Source of the DNA: a candidate division FCPU426 bacterium
GTDB lineage: Bacteria > Oederibacteriota > JAAXVQ01 > JAUVAV01
Direction of reading: 5' to 3'
Length of the DNA: 64,000 nucleotides
Assembly (NCBI GenBank): GCA_040756875.1
Contig: JBFLYH010000001.1
Coordinates: 1,452,399-1,516,398 of the forward strand
Part shown: piece after piece, positions 1 through 8,616 of the stretch
How positions within the stretch are numbered: the first letter of the stretch is position 1
How the letters are laid out: each line of letters opens with the position of its first letter
Made by a program: the position numbers and the translations under genes
The notes under the pieces: generated by a model
What the model saw: the letters and a program-made list of their open reading frames with translations, nothing else
What the model was told of the DNA's origin: nothing
Databases searched by the model: none

Positions 1-132
1 TTTTCCGCCTGCGGCGGTTAAAGCGTTTGATCAGGTGAACAGTTGAGCAGTAGATCAAGCAGTTGAACTTCTCTCCTGTTCAACTGTTCCACTGTTCAAC
101 TGCTCTCCATTTTTCCGCCTGCGGCGGAAAAA
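1..132. repeat. Composite element: inverted arrays of 8-bp CTGYTCNA repeats between two copies of a TTTTCCGCCTGCGGCGG hairpin
   Basis: cagttgag/cagtagat/cagttgaa (40-68) face ctgttcaa/ctgttcca/ctgttcaa/ctgctc (76-105); ttttccgcctgcggcgg at 1 and 111; may be cut by the window edge. Confidence 0.75.
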
Positions 133-209
133 TGGTGGGCAGTACAGGACTCGAACCTGTGACCTCTTGCATGTCAAGCAAGCACTCTAACCACCTGAGC
201 TAACTGCCC
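133..209 (-). tRNA. tRNA-Val(GAC)
   Basis: Reverse complement gggcagttagctcaggtggttagag...cttgc-ttGACat-gcaag...ggttcgagtcc...cca; cloverleaf with encoded CCA. Confidence 0.97.
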
Positions 210-300
210 ACTTCCCTAAAAACCGCGGGAGCAAATTGTAGGTAAAAAAAAGGAATTTGGCAACGGCAAAATGGAGCACAGGCGAAGGGATGCCCGTCGC

Positions 301-1071
301 CTAGAACCAGGCGGCCAGCTCTTGGGCGAACCCCCGGTGGGTCAAGTCCAGGGACAGCGGAGTCAGCGAAACATACCCTTCGGCGATGGCCACCGCGTCC
401 GCATCCGGCGAAGGGTCGAGCACGGATACGTTTTCCAGGGAGAGCCAAAAATATTCGCGCCCGCGCGGATCCAGCCTGCGTTCGTATTTATCATGATACC
501 GGTAGTGCGCCTGGCGCGTAATCCGCAAACCCTTGATGGCTTCCAGCGGCAGGGTGGGCACGTTCAGGTTCAGCATGATGCCCGGCGGCAACCCGCGCGC
601 CAGAATGCGCTCCGCCACCAAACGGGAGAAGTGGGCTGCCGTGGTGTAATCATGCTGGCTGGACAGGGTCCCCATGGAAACCGCCAGGCTGGGCACGCCG
701 TAGATGGCCCCTTCCATGGCGGCGGAAACCGTGCCCGAATACAGCACGTTGGTGCCGGTGTTGGGGCCGGCATTGATGCCGGAGACGATCAGCCGGGGCG
801 GCCGCGGCAGCAGGTTGGCCAGGCCGAGCTTGACGCAATCCGCGGGCGTGCCGTTGACCGCACGGCCGAAAGGCCGTCCCTGGCGTTCCACCTCCAGCAC
901 GCGCAGGATGTGCAGCATGGTGATGCTGTGCCCGGCCGCGCTGCGCTCGGTGTCCGGCGCGATCACTTCCAGACCGCCAAGGCCCTGCAAGGCCTGGTGC
1001 AAGGCCAGCAACCCGGGGGCGTAGATGCCGTCATCATTGGTCAGCAGGATGTCAGGTGATTCGTTCATCAT
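301..1071 (-). CDS. surE: 5'/3'-nucleotidase SurE
   Basis: ILLTNDDG, GTPADCV, SGINAGPN, YSGTVSAAMEG motifs. Confidence 0.96.
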   Translation of the reverse strand: MMNESPDILLTNDDGIYAPGLLALHQALQGLGGLEVIAPDTERSAAGHSITMLHILRVLEVERQGRPFGRAVNGTPADCVKLGLANLLPRPPRLIVSGINAGPNTGTNVLYSGTVSAAMEGAIYGVPSLAVSMGTLSSQHDYTTAAHFSRLVAERILARGLPPGIMLNLNVPTLPLEAIKGLRITRQAHYRYHDKYERRLDPRGREYFWLSLENVSVLDPSPDADAVAIAEGYVSLTPLSLDLTHRGFAQELAAWF

Positions 1072-1108
1072 TCCCCGCCTGTTTCCGCTTGGGATTCGGG
1101 GTAAAAAG

Positions 1109-1136
1109 AAAGGGACACGGCGGACCGTGTCCCTTT
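1109..1136 (-). terminator. Rho-independent terminator
   Basis: aaagggacacgg-cgga-ccgtgtcccttt stem followed by a T tract on the minus strand. Confidence 0.75.
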
Positions 1137-1161
1137 TCTATTCAGTTGCGCGACGAAAGGC

Positions 1162-1689
1162 TCAGCGCTTGGGCGCGGGAGCGGCTGTCGCCTCGGGCGT
1201 GGCCGCCGGAGCCGCCGGTTCCCCTTCCTGGGCGCCGTATTTCTTCTTGCTCTGTTCGAGGAACAATTCAGTCAGCCGGTTGTTGTAGATTTCACGGTCT
1301 TTGGGCGACAAATCGCTCAAATACCGCATCATTTCGTTCATGGACGTTCCGTACTTGCCGTAGATTTTTTCGCTGTTGGCGCGGATCTGCTCGTTGATTT
1401 CCATCAGTTTTTTCGGATCCTTGGGCAGGTCCTTGCCCGAGGGGAAATCCCGCAGGCTTTGCATGGACACTTCGTGCGTGATTTCGGCGGCCTTCTTGGG
1501 CGTCAGGTTGCCTTTATAGGGCTGTTTCTCGGTCTGCAGGCCCTTCACGATTTCCTCAAGCTTCGCATCAACCTCGCTTTGGGACTTGGCGCCTTGATTC
1601 TTCTTGCCGCAACCCACTGCGCCAGCCACACAGGCGGCGGTCAGCAACACCAGGCAAGCTCTCCAAGGAAATGAAGTGCGAACGGTCAT
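1162..1689 (-). CDS. Hypothetical lipoprotein
   Basis: Signal peptide ending AVG-C lipobox; charged helical body; Ala/Pro tail. Confidence 0.75.
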   Translation of the reverse strand: MTVRTSFPWRACLVLLTAACVAGAVGCGKKNQGAKSQSEVDAKLEEIVKGLQTEKQPYKGNLTPKKAAEITHEVSMQSLRDFPSGKDLPKDPKKLMEINEQIRANSEKIYGKYGTSMNEMMRYLSDLSPKDREIYNNRLTELFLEQSKKKYGAQEGEPAAPAATPEATAAPAPKR

Positions 1690-1746
1690 CTGCAGCTCCT
1701 TTCACGTACACCCCGTGGATGATGATCCCGAACGGGCATCATCATA

Positions 1747-2238
1747 TCACAGCGTTCGGCGGCGGCCAAGATTTTTCTTTGCAGACCGCCCTTGCTTCTC
1801 CGAGGTCGGCATCAGCCAGTTCAACACCGCGAGCGATCCGACCGCCAGCAGCGTGGCCATGGCGGCCAGCAGGTAGAGGCCGGCGCCGCAGGCCAAGCCG
1901 ATGCCCGCCACGGCCCAGATGGAGGCCGCGGTGGTCAGCCCGCTCACCAGTCCGCCCTCGGCGTGAATGATGCTCCCCGCCCCGAGGAACCCGACGCCCG
2001 TCACCACCTGGGCGGCAATGCGTCCGGGGTCGATGTTGTTTTGGTCCCCGTGGAAAAGGAAAAACAAATCGATGGACACCAACATGACCAGGGCCGAACC
2101 CAGGCAAACCAGCGAGAGCGTCTTTACGCCCGCAGGCTTGCGGGCGCGTTCGCGGTTCAAACCCACTGCGATGCCCAGCAAAAGGGCCAGAAGCAGGCGC
2201 AGCATCATTTCCCACCACGGCAGACTTTGCATCAGCAT
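1747..2238 (-). CDS. MgtC/SapB family membrane protein
   Basis: GLNRERARKPAG, DPGRIAAQVVTGVGFLGAG, GLTTAASIW; start chosen at ATG after GGAGG. Confidence 0.93.
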   Translation of the reverse strand: MLMQSLPWWEMMLRLLLALLLGIAVGLNRERARKPAGVKTLSLVCLGSALVMLVSIDLFFLFHGDQNNIDPGRIAAQVVTGVGFLGAGSIIHAEGGLVSGLTTAASIWAVAGIGLACGAGLYLLAAMATLLAVGSLAVLNWLMPTSEKQGRSAKKNLGRRRTL

Positions 2239-2294
2239 TCTCTTTCCTCCCTGTCGTTCGATATGGCGCCCCCCGGGCAAAACCCGGGGCAGGA

Positions 2295-2675
2295 TCAGCG
2301 ATCCCCGCCGGCTGGATCAGCCAGCCAGGGTCGAAGACGTTCCAATTTCGCCGGTCCCAGTCCCTTCACGTCCAGAAGGTCTTCCGGCGAGCGGAACCCT
2401 CTCCGCCGGGCACGCAAAGCCACGATCCGTCCGGCCAAGGCCGGTCCGATTCCCGGGAGCGAGGCCCACTCAGCCGCCCCGGCGCGGTTGATGTCCAGGC
2501 GCGCACTTTCCGCCGCGGGCCAGGGCGTTCGGGCCGGCTGCCACTGGCTCCGGGCTTGAAACAGCCCCCACCAGGCCGCTGCGCCCAGCAACGCCGCCGC
2601 CGCCACGACGGCTCCCGGCCGCCACGGCTTCCAGGCCGCGTGCCGTTTGGATACGGGGAACGACTGCCGGGTCAC
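2295..2675 (-). CDS. ComEA-like helix-hairpin-helix DNA-binding protein
   Basis: TM anchor, then LDINRA...LPGIGPALAGRIV...VKGLGPAKLE HhH motifs. Confidence 0.85.
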   Translation of the reverse strand: MTRQSFPVSKRHAAWKPWRPGAVVAAAALLGAAAWWGLFQARSQWQPARTPWPAAESARLDINRAGAAEWASLPGIGPALAGRIVALRARRRGFRSPEDLLDVKGLGPAKLERLRPWLADPAGGDR

Positions 2676-3256
2676 GGCGCGTCCTGCTCCGGAACCGGAG
2701 CGTTGAATTCGGTCATGGCGCGCGTGATGCCGTGGTCGATCCAGCGAAGCACGGCGGTCGCGGCCTGTTCCCGGGCCGGCTGCATGACGCTGGCTTCGGC
2801 ATCCGAGAATGGGCCCAGGACAAAATCAGTTATGTCCATGGTTTGAGGGGGGCGGTCGATGCCCACGCGCAGACGGTGAAAAGACTGGCTGTTCAACTCT
2901 TGGATGATTGATTCCAAACCGTTGTGGCCGCCCGCGCTGCCCTGGGCGCGAAAACGCAGCTGGCCCAGGGGCAGGTTGAAATCATCCACGACCACCAGGA
3001 GGGATTCAGGCGTCAAGGTGAAATGGCGGAGCAGGGCCGCGGCCGCGCGGCCGGAAAGGTTCATATACGTGGTCGGCAGGGCAAACACCACGTCCTCGCC
3101 CCCGCGCCTTCCCTGCCCCCACCACGACTGCAGGGAGCGTCTGGCCAGGCGGACCCCCGCCTGGCCGGCCGCCAGTGCAGCGACTTCCGCCCCCACGTTA
3201 TGCCGCGTTTGCTCGTATTCGCGGCCCGGATTCCCCAACCCGAGAATCAGCTTCAC
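2672..3256 (-). CDS. pth: Peptidyl-tRNA hydrolase
   Basis: GLGNPG...TRHNVG, TYMNLSG, GSAGGHNGL; GTG start. Confidence 0.97.
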   Translation of the reverse strand: MKLILGLGNPGREYEQTRHNVGAEVAALAAGQAGVRLARRSLQSWWGQGRRGGEDVVFALPTTYMNLSGRAAAALLRHFTLTPESLLVVVDDFNLPLGQLRFRAQGSAGGHNGLESIIQELNSQSFHRLRVGIDRPPQTMDITDFVLGPFSDAEASVMQPAREQAATAVLRWIDHGITRAMTEFNAPVPEQDAP

Positions 3257-3270
3257 GATTGAAAGGACGA

Positions 3271-3996
3271 CTACTTCTTCTGGTCCTTTTCCTTCTCACG
3301 TTCCAAGCGGCGCTGTTCGCGTTCCTTCTCGCCGATGACTTCGGGTTCCGCCGCAGGAGCCGCGGCAACCGCCGCCCCGGCCACGCCCGGCACGGCAGCA
3401 GCTTCGGCCGGTTTTTCCTCTTCGAGGCGCGGAGCCACCACGTGCACGATCGGCTCGTGCTCGTCCACCAGAATCTCAATGCCGGCCGGAAGCGTTTCAC
3501 GCAGCTGTTTCACCGTGACCGCGTCGCCGATGGCCAAAGCGGACACATCGACGGTAAGCTGCTCGGGCAACAGCGCGGGCAGGCAGCGGATGGCCAGATC
3601 GCGGTGGACCTGCTCCAAATTCCCGCCTTCCTTGATGCCCGGGGCCGTGCCGGTCAGCATGATCGGCACCGTGGTCTCCAGCGGTTTGTCCATCGAGATG
3701 CGGACCAGGTCGACGTGCAGGACTTTTGAAGTCACCGGGTGCCGCTGCAGGGATTTGATCATGACCGTCTCTTCCTGCGCCTCGCTTGCGCCTTCAATGT
3801 TCAATTTGACCAGCACGTTGAGCCCGGCCGGGGTGTGGATGGCCTGTTGCAGCACTTTTTCCTGAATCTGCAGATTGACGTTGGACGCGCCTTGGCCGTA
3901 AAGCACGGCCGGAATCCACGTTTGGTCCCGAAGGCGGTTCATCTCGTTCTTTTTCAGCGTCGTCCTGGCATTGGCGATCAATTGTACCTGTTTCAT
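3271..3996 (-). CDS. rplY: 50S ribosomal protein L25/Ctc (long form)
   Basis: IPAVLYG, QRHPV...HVDL, GIKEGG; located between prs and pth. Confidence 0.95.
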   Translation of the reverse strand: MKQVQLIANARTTLKKNEMNRLRDQTWIPAVLYGQGASNVNLQIQEKVLQQAIHTPAGLNVLVKLNIEGASEAQEETVMIKSLQRHPVTSKVLHVDLVRISMDKPLETTVPIMLTGTAPGIKEGGNLEQVHRDLAIRCLPALLPEQLTVDVSALAIGDAVTVKQLRETLPAGIEILVDEHEPIVHVVAPRLEEEKPAEAAAVPGVAGAAVAAAPAAEPEVIGEKEREQRRLEREKEKDQKK

Positions 3997-4072
3997 GTTC
4001 CTTTCAACCCTCCTGCGTTCTCTCCCGTTTTCAGGGAGCAGCGTTTATGTTTATTCGTTCGCAACCGCGAGT

Positions 4073-5011
4073 TTATTTGAACAGGGTGCTGACCGTCGTT
4101 TCGGCGTGAATCCGCCGGATGGCTTCGCCGAAGAGCGGCGCCACCGAGAGCACGCGCACCTTGTGGTTCAGCTCCGGATTGGCCAGCGGAATGGTGTCCG
4201 TCACCGTGATTTCCTTCAGATCCGAATTGCGGACGAGTTCCGAGGCCTGCCCCGAAAAAATCGGGTGCGTGCCGCAGGCGTAGATGTCCCTGGCGCCCTG
4301 GGCGCGCACGAATTTTACGGCTTCCACCAGGCTGCGGCCCGTGGCGATCATGTCGTCCACCAAGATGACGTTCTTCTTCGCCACTTCGCCGATGATGTTC
4401 ATGGCCGCGGTCTCGGTCGGCCCCATGCGCCGCTTGTCCACAATGGCCAGGGGCGCGCGCAGCTTGGCGGAATAATGCCGGGCCAGCTTGATGCCGCCGA
4501 CGTCCGGGGTGACGATGACCAGGTTCGGGATGCGTTTGTGCTTGAAGTGCTCGATCATGACCGGCGCGGCTTGAAGGTTGTCGACCGGGATGTCAAAGAA
4601 GCCCTGGATCTGGTCGGCGTGCAGGTCCATGGTCAGAACGCGGTCCGCGCCGGCCGTCGTGATCAGATTGGCCACCAGCTTGGCCGTGATGGGCACGCGC
4701 GGCTGGTCCTTGCGGTCCTGGCGCGCATAACCGAAGAACGGCAGCACGGCGGTGATGCGCTTGGCCGAGGCCCGCCGAAAGGCGTCGATCATCACCAGCA
4801 GTTCCATCAAGTTCTCGTTGGGCGGCGGGCAGGACGGCTGAAGCACGAAAACATCCGCGCCCCGCACGTTCTCCTTGATCCTCACGGAAATTTCGCCTTC
4901 CGGGAAACGGCCGACGTCGATCTTGCCCAGCGGTTTGCGCAAATATTTGGCGATGGCGGCCGCCAGGCGGGCGTTGGCGTTCCCGGAAAAGATTTTCAGT
5001 TCATTGGCCAC
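4073..5011 (-). CDS. prs: Ribose-phosphate pyrophosphokinase
   Basis: FGYARQDRK, DLHADQIQGFF, VDDMIATG. Confidence 0.97.
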   Translation of the reverse strand: MANELKIFSGNANARLAAAIAKYLRKPLGKIDVGRFPEGEISVRIKENVRGADVFVLQPSCPPPNENLMELLVMIDAFRRASAKRITAVLPFFGYARQDRKDQPRVPITAKLVANLITTAGADRVLTMDLHADQIQGFFDIPVDNLQAAPVMIEHFKHKRIPNLVIVTPDVGGIKLARHYSAKLRAPLAIVDKRRMGPTETAAMNIIGEVAKKNVILVDDMIATGRSLVEAVKFVRAQGARDIYACGTHPIFSGQASELVRNSDLKEITVTDTIPLANPELNHKVRVLSVAPLFGEAIRRIHAETTVSTLFK

Positions 5012-6406
5012 TTACGGTTTCCTCCTCACGGACTGATCCGACGGAACGATCCGCCGCTTGATTATCCGGGCCGGCACGCCGACCGCGACCGTCCCGGCCG
5101 GTATGCGGGTGCCCGCTTTGACGACCGCACCCGCCCCGGTCAGGGCTCCGGCCCCGACCGTGCAGGGCGCGATTAAAACCGACTGGCTGCCGATGAACGC
5201 CCGGGCGCCGACACGCGTGGGGTGCTTGCGGCGGCCGTCATAGTTGGCCGTGATCGTGCCCGCCCCGATATTGGCGTCCGGACCGACCGTAGCGTCGCCC
5301 AGGTAACTGACGTGCCCGACCTTGACGCCGGTTCCGATCCGGCTGCGGTTGATTTCCGCAAAGTTGCCGATCGTGACTTTGTCCGCCACCCGGGTGCCCG
5401 GCCGCAAATGGGCGTAAGGCCCGACCCGGACCCCTTTTCCCAGACGCGACCCTTCCACCACGGAGTGGCGAATGGAGACGTTCGTCGCGGTAACCGTGTC
5501 GCAGACGTCCGCCGCCGGCCCGATCCGGTTGCCGGTTCCCAGCGCCGTCCGCCCGGAAAGCCGCGTACCCGGCAGCAATTCGGTGTCCCGGCCGATCCTG
5601 ACGTCCGGATCGATCCAGGTGGAGGCCGGGTCCCATACGGTGACGCCCGCGGCCTGCACGGCCGCCAGCTTTCTCTCGTTCATGACCGCGGCCGCCGAGG
5701 CCAAATCGCAGCGCGTGTTGACGCCGAGTATTTCCGCCGCCTCGCCGGTCCTGAACGCGGCCACGCGCCGGCCGGCGCGGTTGAGGACTTCCAGCACGTC
5801 AGTCAGATAAAATTCGCCCTTGCGGTTGCGGTTGTCCAGGCGCTGGAGCGCCCGCCACAGCCAAGAGGCCTGGAAACAATAGGCGCCGCTGTTGACTTCG
5901 GTTAGGCGGCGCTCATCCGGAGTGGCGTCTTTTTCCTCGGCGATCCTGCGCACCCAGGGCCCCTGACCGGCGTTTCTCAACACGCGGCCGTATCCGAACG
6001 GATCAGCCAGGCACGCGGTCAGCACCGTGGCCGAAGCGCGCAGGCGCCGGTGGGTCCGCACCAGGCGGCGCAACGTGGCCGCCGTGATCAACGGCGCATC
6101 GCCGCACAGCACCAAAACCGAACCGTTGAATCCCGCCAGAGCCGGCCGCGCCGTGCGCAGGGCGTGACCGGTGCCAAGCTGTTTCGCTTGCAGAACCGTG
6201 CTCACGCCGGCAGGCAAAATCGCCCTGACTTTCTCCGCAGCGTGCCCCAAAACCACCACTTGCCGGCCTGCGCCGGCTGCGCGCGCGGCCCGCAATACCC
6301 ATTCCAGCATGGGCCGGCCGCCCAACCGGTGAAGCACCTTGGGCGTAGCGGACTTCAAACGCGTGCCTTCGCCCGCGGCCAGTATTACAGCAGCCAAATC
6401 AGACAT
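5012..6406 (-). CDS. glmU: Bifunctional UDP-GlcNAc pyrophosphorylase/glucosamine-1-P acetyltransferase
   Basis: LAAGEGTRLKS, QLGTGHA, GEFYLTD, hexapeptide repeats, NYDG; ATG at 6406 after AAGGAG. Confidence 0.96.
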   Translation of the reverse strand: MSDLAAVILAAGEGTRLKSATPKVLHRLGGRPMLEWVLRAARAAGAGRQVVVLGHAAEKVRAILPAGVSTVLQAKQLGTGHALRTARPALAGFNGSVLVLCGDAPLITAATLRRLVRTHRRLRASATVLTACLADPFGYGRVLRNAGQGPWVRRIAEEKDATPDERRLTEVNSGAYCFQASWLWRALQRLDNRNRKGEFYLTDVLEVLNRAGRRVAAFRTGEAAEILGVNTRCDLASAAAVMNERKLAAVQAAGVTVWDPASTWIDPDVRIGRDTELLPGTRLSGRTALGTGNRIGPAADVCDTVTATNVSIRHSVVEGSRLGKGVRVGPYAHLRPGTRVADKVTIGNFAEINRSRIGTGVKVGHVSYLGDATVGPDANIGAGTITANYDGRRKHPTRVGARAFIGSQSVLIAPCTVGAGALTGAGAVVKAGTRIPAGTVAVGVPARIIKRRIVPSDQSVRRKP

Positions 6407-6580
6407 GCCGCTCCTTATGCATACCCGCGGCGCCACATCCTGCCGCAATCGCAAACTCAATCCTGGAAGGGAATGGTTGCCCAGAAAAAGCCTTTCAAAC
6501 CTTAAACCGGGCGGTGGAAAGGCGATATTCTAGCTTGAAGCCTTTAAAAAATCCAGGCTTTTATACAGAATATTTTCGTT

Positions 6581-7012
6581 TCATTTTAATGCGAAAAATC
6601 TCCGCAAACCCAGCAGGGGTATCAGAAAAAGCAGCATAAAGGCGGTATTGAACCAGGCATTGAAAAAGACCCCGAAAGCGCAGCTTAACCAGGTATCTGT
6701 TGCGAACCATACCATCAGGCTGGTCAGGGTCCCCCAAAAAACCCATGATTTACCAAGGGGAAAAACAAAACGCACCCAAAAAGCCAGCAACACGCCCCAA
6801 CCCGCGCAAGTGGCTCCCAAAACGCCGTACGCCCATGCCTGAAAACGGCTGGCCTCTGATGGCAGGCTTGCAGCAGCCCAAAAAACCGGATCAATGTTAC
6901 GGTTGAACAGGACGTCAAACAGCGGCGACTGGTTGAAAAACGCCAAGGCGAGGCCGAAAACCGCCAATAACAAACTGAGGACCAGAAGCCAGGTCTTGAA
7001 AATTTTCTCCAT
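6581..7012 (-). CDS. Hypothetical 4-TM membrane protein
   Basis: Open frame with four hydrophobic segments; visibly more AT-rich than its neighbours. Confidence 0.7.
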   Translation of the reverse strand: MEKIFKTWLLVLSLLLAVFGLALAFFNQSPLFDVLFNRNIDPVFWAAASLPSEASRFQAWAYGVLGATCAGWGVLLAFWVRFVFPLGKSWVFWGTLTSLMVWFATDTWLSCAFGVFFNAWFNTAFMLLFLIPLLGLRRFFALK

Positions 7013-7049
7013 GGGTTTTCCTAAATGTCCATTTTTCCAGGTCGCAAAA

Positions 7050-7339
7050 AATTCGCACTGCGCGAAAAGCGAGTAACTTGAGCAATTGACCGCCCCGACC
7101 CTATAGATGCATAGGCACCTGAGGCGCCATGGGACTCCCTTCGGTCGCGATCGAGCATTTTCAACTTACTCAACTTGTTCTACTGCTCCCCTGCTCTGCC
7201 AAAAATTTTCGCTATGCGAAAAGGAAAACCATGGACAGTAGAGCAGTAGATCAGTTGACCGCAGGTTCGCTCTTTTCTCCTGTTCAACTGTTCGACTGCT
7301 CACCTGCTCTGCCAAAAATTTTCGCTATGCGAAAATTTT
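7050..7339. repeat. Composite element: octamer arrays, duplicated hairpin, nested ~58-bp repeat
   Basis: ctgctctgccaaaaattttcgctatgcgaaaa at 7191 and 7304; CTGYTCNA arrays on both strands; cgccccgacc...gggactcccttcggtcgc at 7091-7148. Confidence 0.75.
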
Positions 7340-7413
7340 TGGCTGCCGGGCCTGGATTCGAACCAGGATAAACGGCTCCAAAGGCCGCCGTCCTACCGTT
7401 GGACGACCCGGCA
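7340..7413 (-). tRNA. tRNA-Gln(TTG)
   Basis: Reverse complement tgccgggtcgtccaacggtaggacg gcggc-ctTTGga-gccgt ...ggttcgaatcc...gcca. Confidence 0.97.
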
Positions 7414-7421
7414 ACAGGGTG

Positions 7422-7748
7422 TCAATTGGTTTCGAAGGCCTCCTGGCGGTCCTGTACGCCGGGCATGGCGGTGAATTCCTTTAACAGGTTTTCGCGGCGA
7501 TACTCGCCCAGAATGCGCTCTTCCATTTCCCTGCGCATGGTGCTGTTCAAGGGGTGGGCAATGTCGACGAACGTGCCGTCGCGGCGTTTGCGCGAAGGCA
7601 TGGCCACGAACAAGCCGTTGGGGCCTTCGATGATTTTCAGGTTGTGCACGATAAAAGCGTTGTCAAAGGTGACGGACACGTACGCTTTCAGTTTGTCGTC
7701 GCCCTGCCGCGGAATGATCTTCACTTCGGTGATCGTCATAGGCTTCAT
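7422..7748 (-). CDS. spoVG: SpoVG family nucleic-acid-binding protein
   Basis: KLKAYVSVTFDN, GLFVAMPSRK, DIAHP; start may be 7739. Confidence 0.95.
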   Translation of the reverse strand: MKPMTITEVKIIPRQGDDKLKAYVSVTFDNAFIVHNLKIIEGPNGLFVAMPSRKRRDGTFVDIAHPLNSTMRREMEERILGEYRRENLLKEFTAMPGVQDRQEAFETN

Positions 7749-8614
7749 CCTTCCGTGGGGCTTCCGGCCGTACGGGTCACGAGGCAGACCGGGTATTTGG
7801 CCCGCAGCCGGCGCTGCAATTGCCGGGCTGTCCGCTGATCAGGAGCCAGCCCGAAAACCGTGGGTCCGCTGCCGGACATCAGCGCACCCAAGGCCCCCCC
7901 GGCGATCAGTTCCTGCTTGATCCTCGCGATCAGGGGATGTTTGGCCGCAGTTACCCACTCCAAATGGTTGAATAATTTTCGGCTTATTTTTTCGGCGTTT
8001 TTCTGTTTCAACGCCGAGCGCATCATAGTAATACAGGCCTTTTTTCTTGTCAATTGCAATCTAAAATTGCGGTATACCTCGGCGGTGGACACGGGAAAAC
8101 CGGGATTGACCAGCACCACCCACATTCCAGGGGCACTGGGCCAGGGCGTCAGCCTTTCGCCCCGGCCTTGTCCCAGCGCGCATCCCCCGGAGAGAAAAAA
8201 AGGCACGTCCGACCCCAGTTCGGACGCGATCCGCCGCAAAGGCGCTTGCCTTCCCAGCCGCCACCAGCGGGCCAGGCCCAGCAAGGCGGCCGCGGCGTCG
8301 CTGCTGCCCCCGCCCAAGCCGGCGGCGACCGGAATGCGTTTGGTCAGGCGGATGGTCACCTTCGGAACAATGCCCGCGGCCTGGGCCAGGCGGACCGCCG
8401 CCCGGTGGATCAAATTGCTCCCGTCCACCGGCACCTGGGGATGGTTGCAGACCAGGCGGAGACCCGAGCGGTTTTCGGTGAAGCACAGGGTGTCGGCCAA
8501 CTCCAGCGCGTGCATCACGGTCTTGAGCTCGTGGTATCCGTCGGGCCGTCGGCCCTGGATTTCCAGGATCAGGTTGACCTTGGCCGGAGCCGGCACGGTT
8601 AAACGGCGAGGCAT
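7745..8614 (-). CDS. ispE: 4-diphosphocytidyl-2C-methyl-D-erythritol kinase
   Basis: APAKVNL, GYHEL, IPVAAGLGGGSSDAA, LMSGSGPTVF; start trimmed to ATG 8614. Confidence 0.96.
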   Translation of the reverse strand: MPRRLTVPAPAKVNLILEIQGRRPDGYHELKTVMHALELADTLCFTENRSGLRLVCNHPQVPVDGSNLIHRAAVRLAQAAGIVPKVTIRLTKRIPVAAGLGGGSSDAAAALLGLARWWRLGRQAPLRRIASELGSDVPFFLSGGCALGQGRGERLTPWPSAPGMWVVLVNPGFPVSTAEVYRNFRLQLTRKKACITMMRSALKQKNAEKISRKLFNHLEWVTAAKHPLIARIKQELIAGGALGALMSGSGPTVFGLAPDQRTARQLQRRLRAKYPVCLVTRTAGSPTEG

Positions 8615-8616
8615 GG

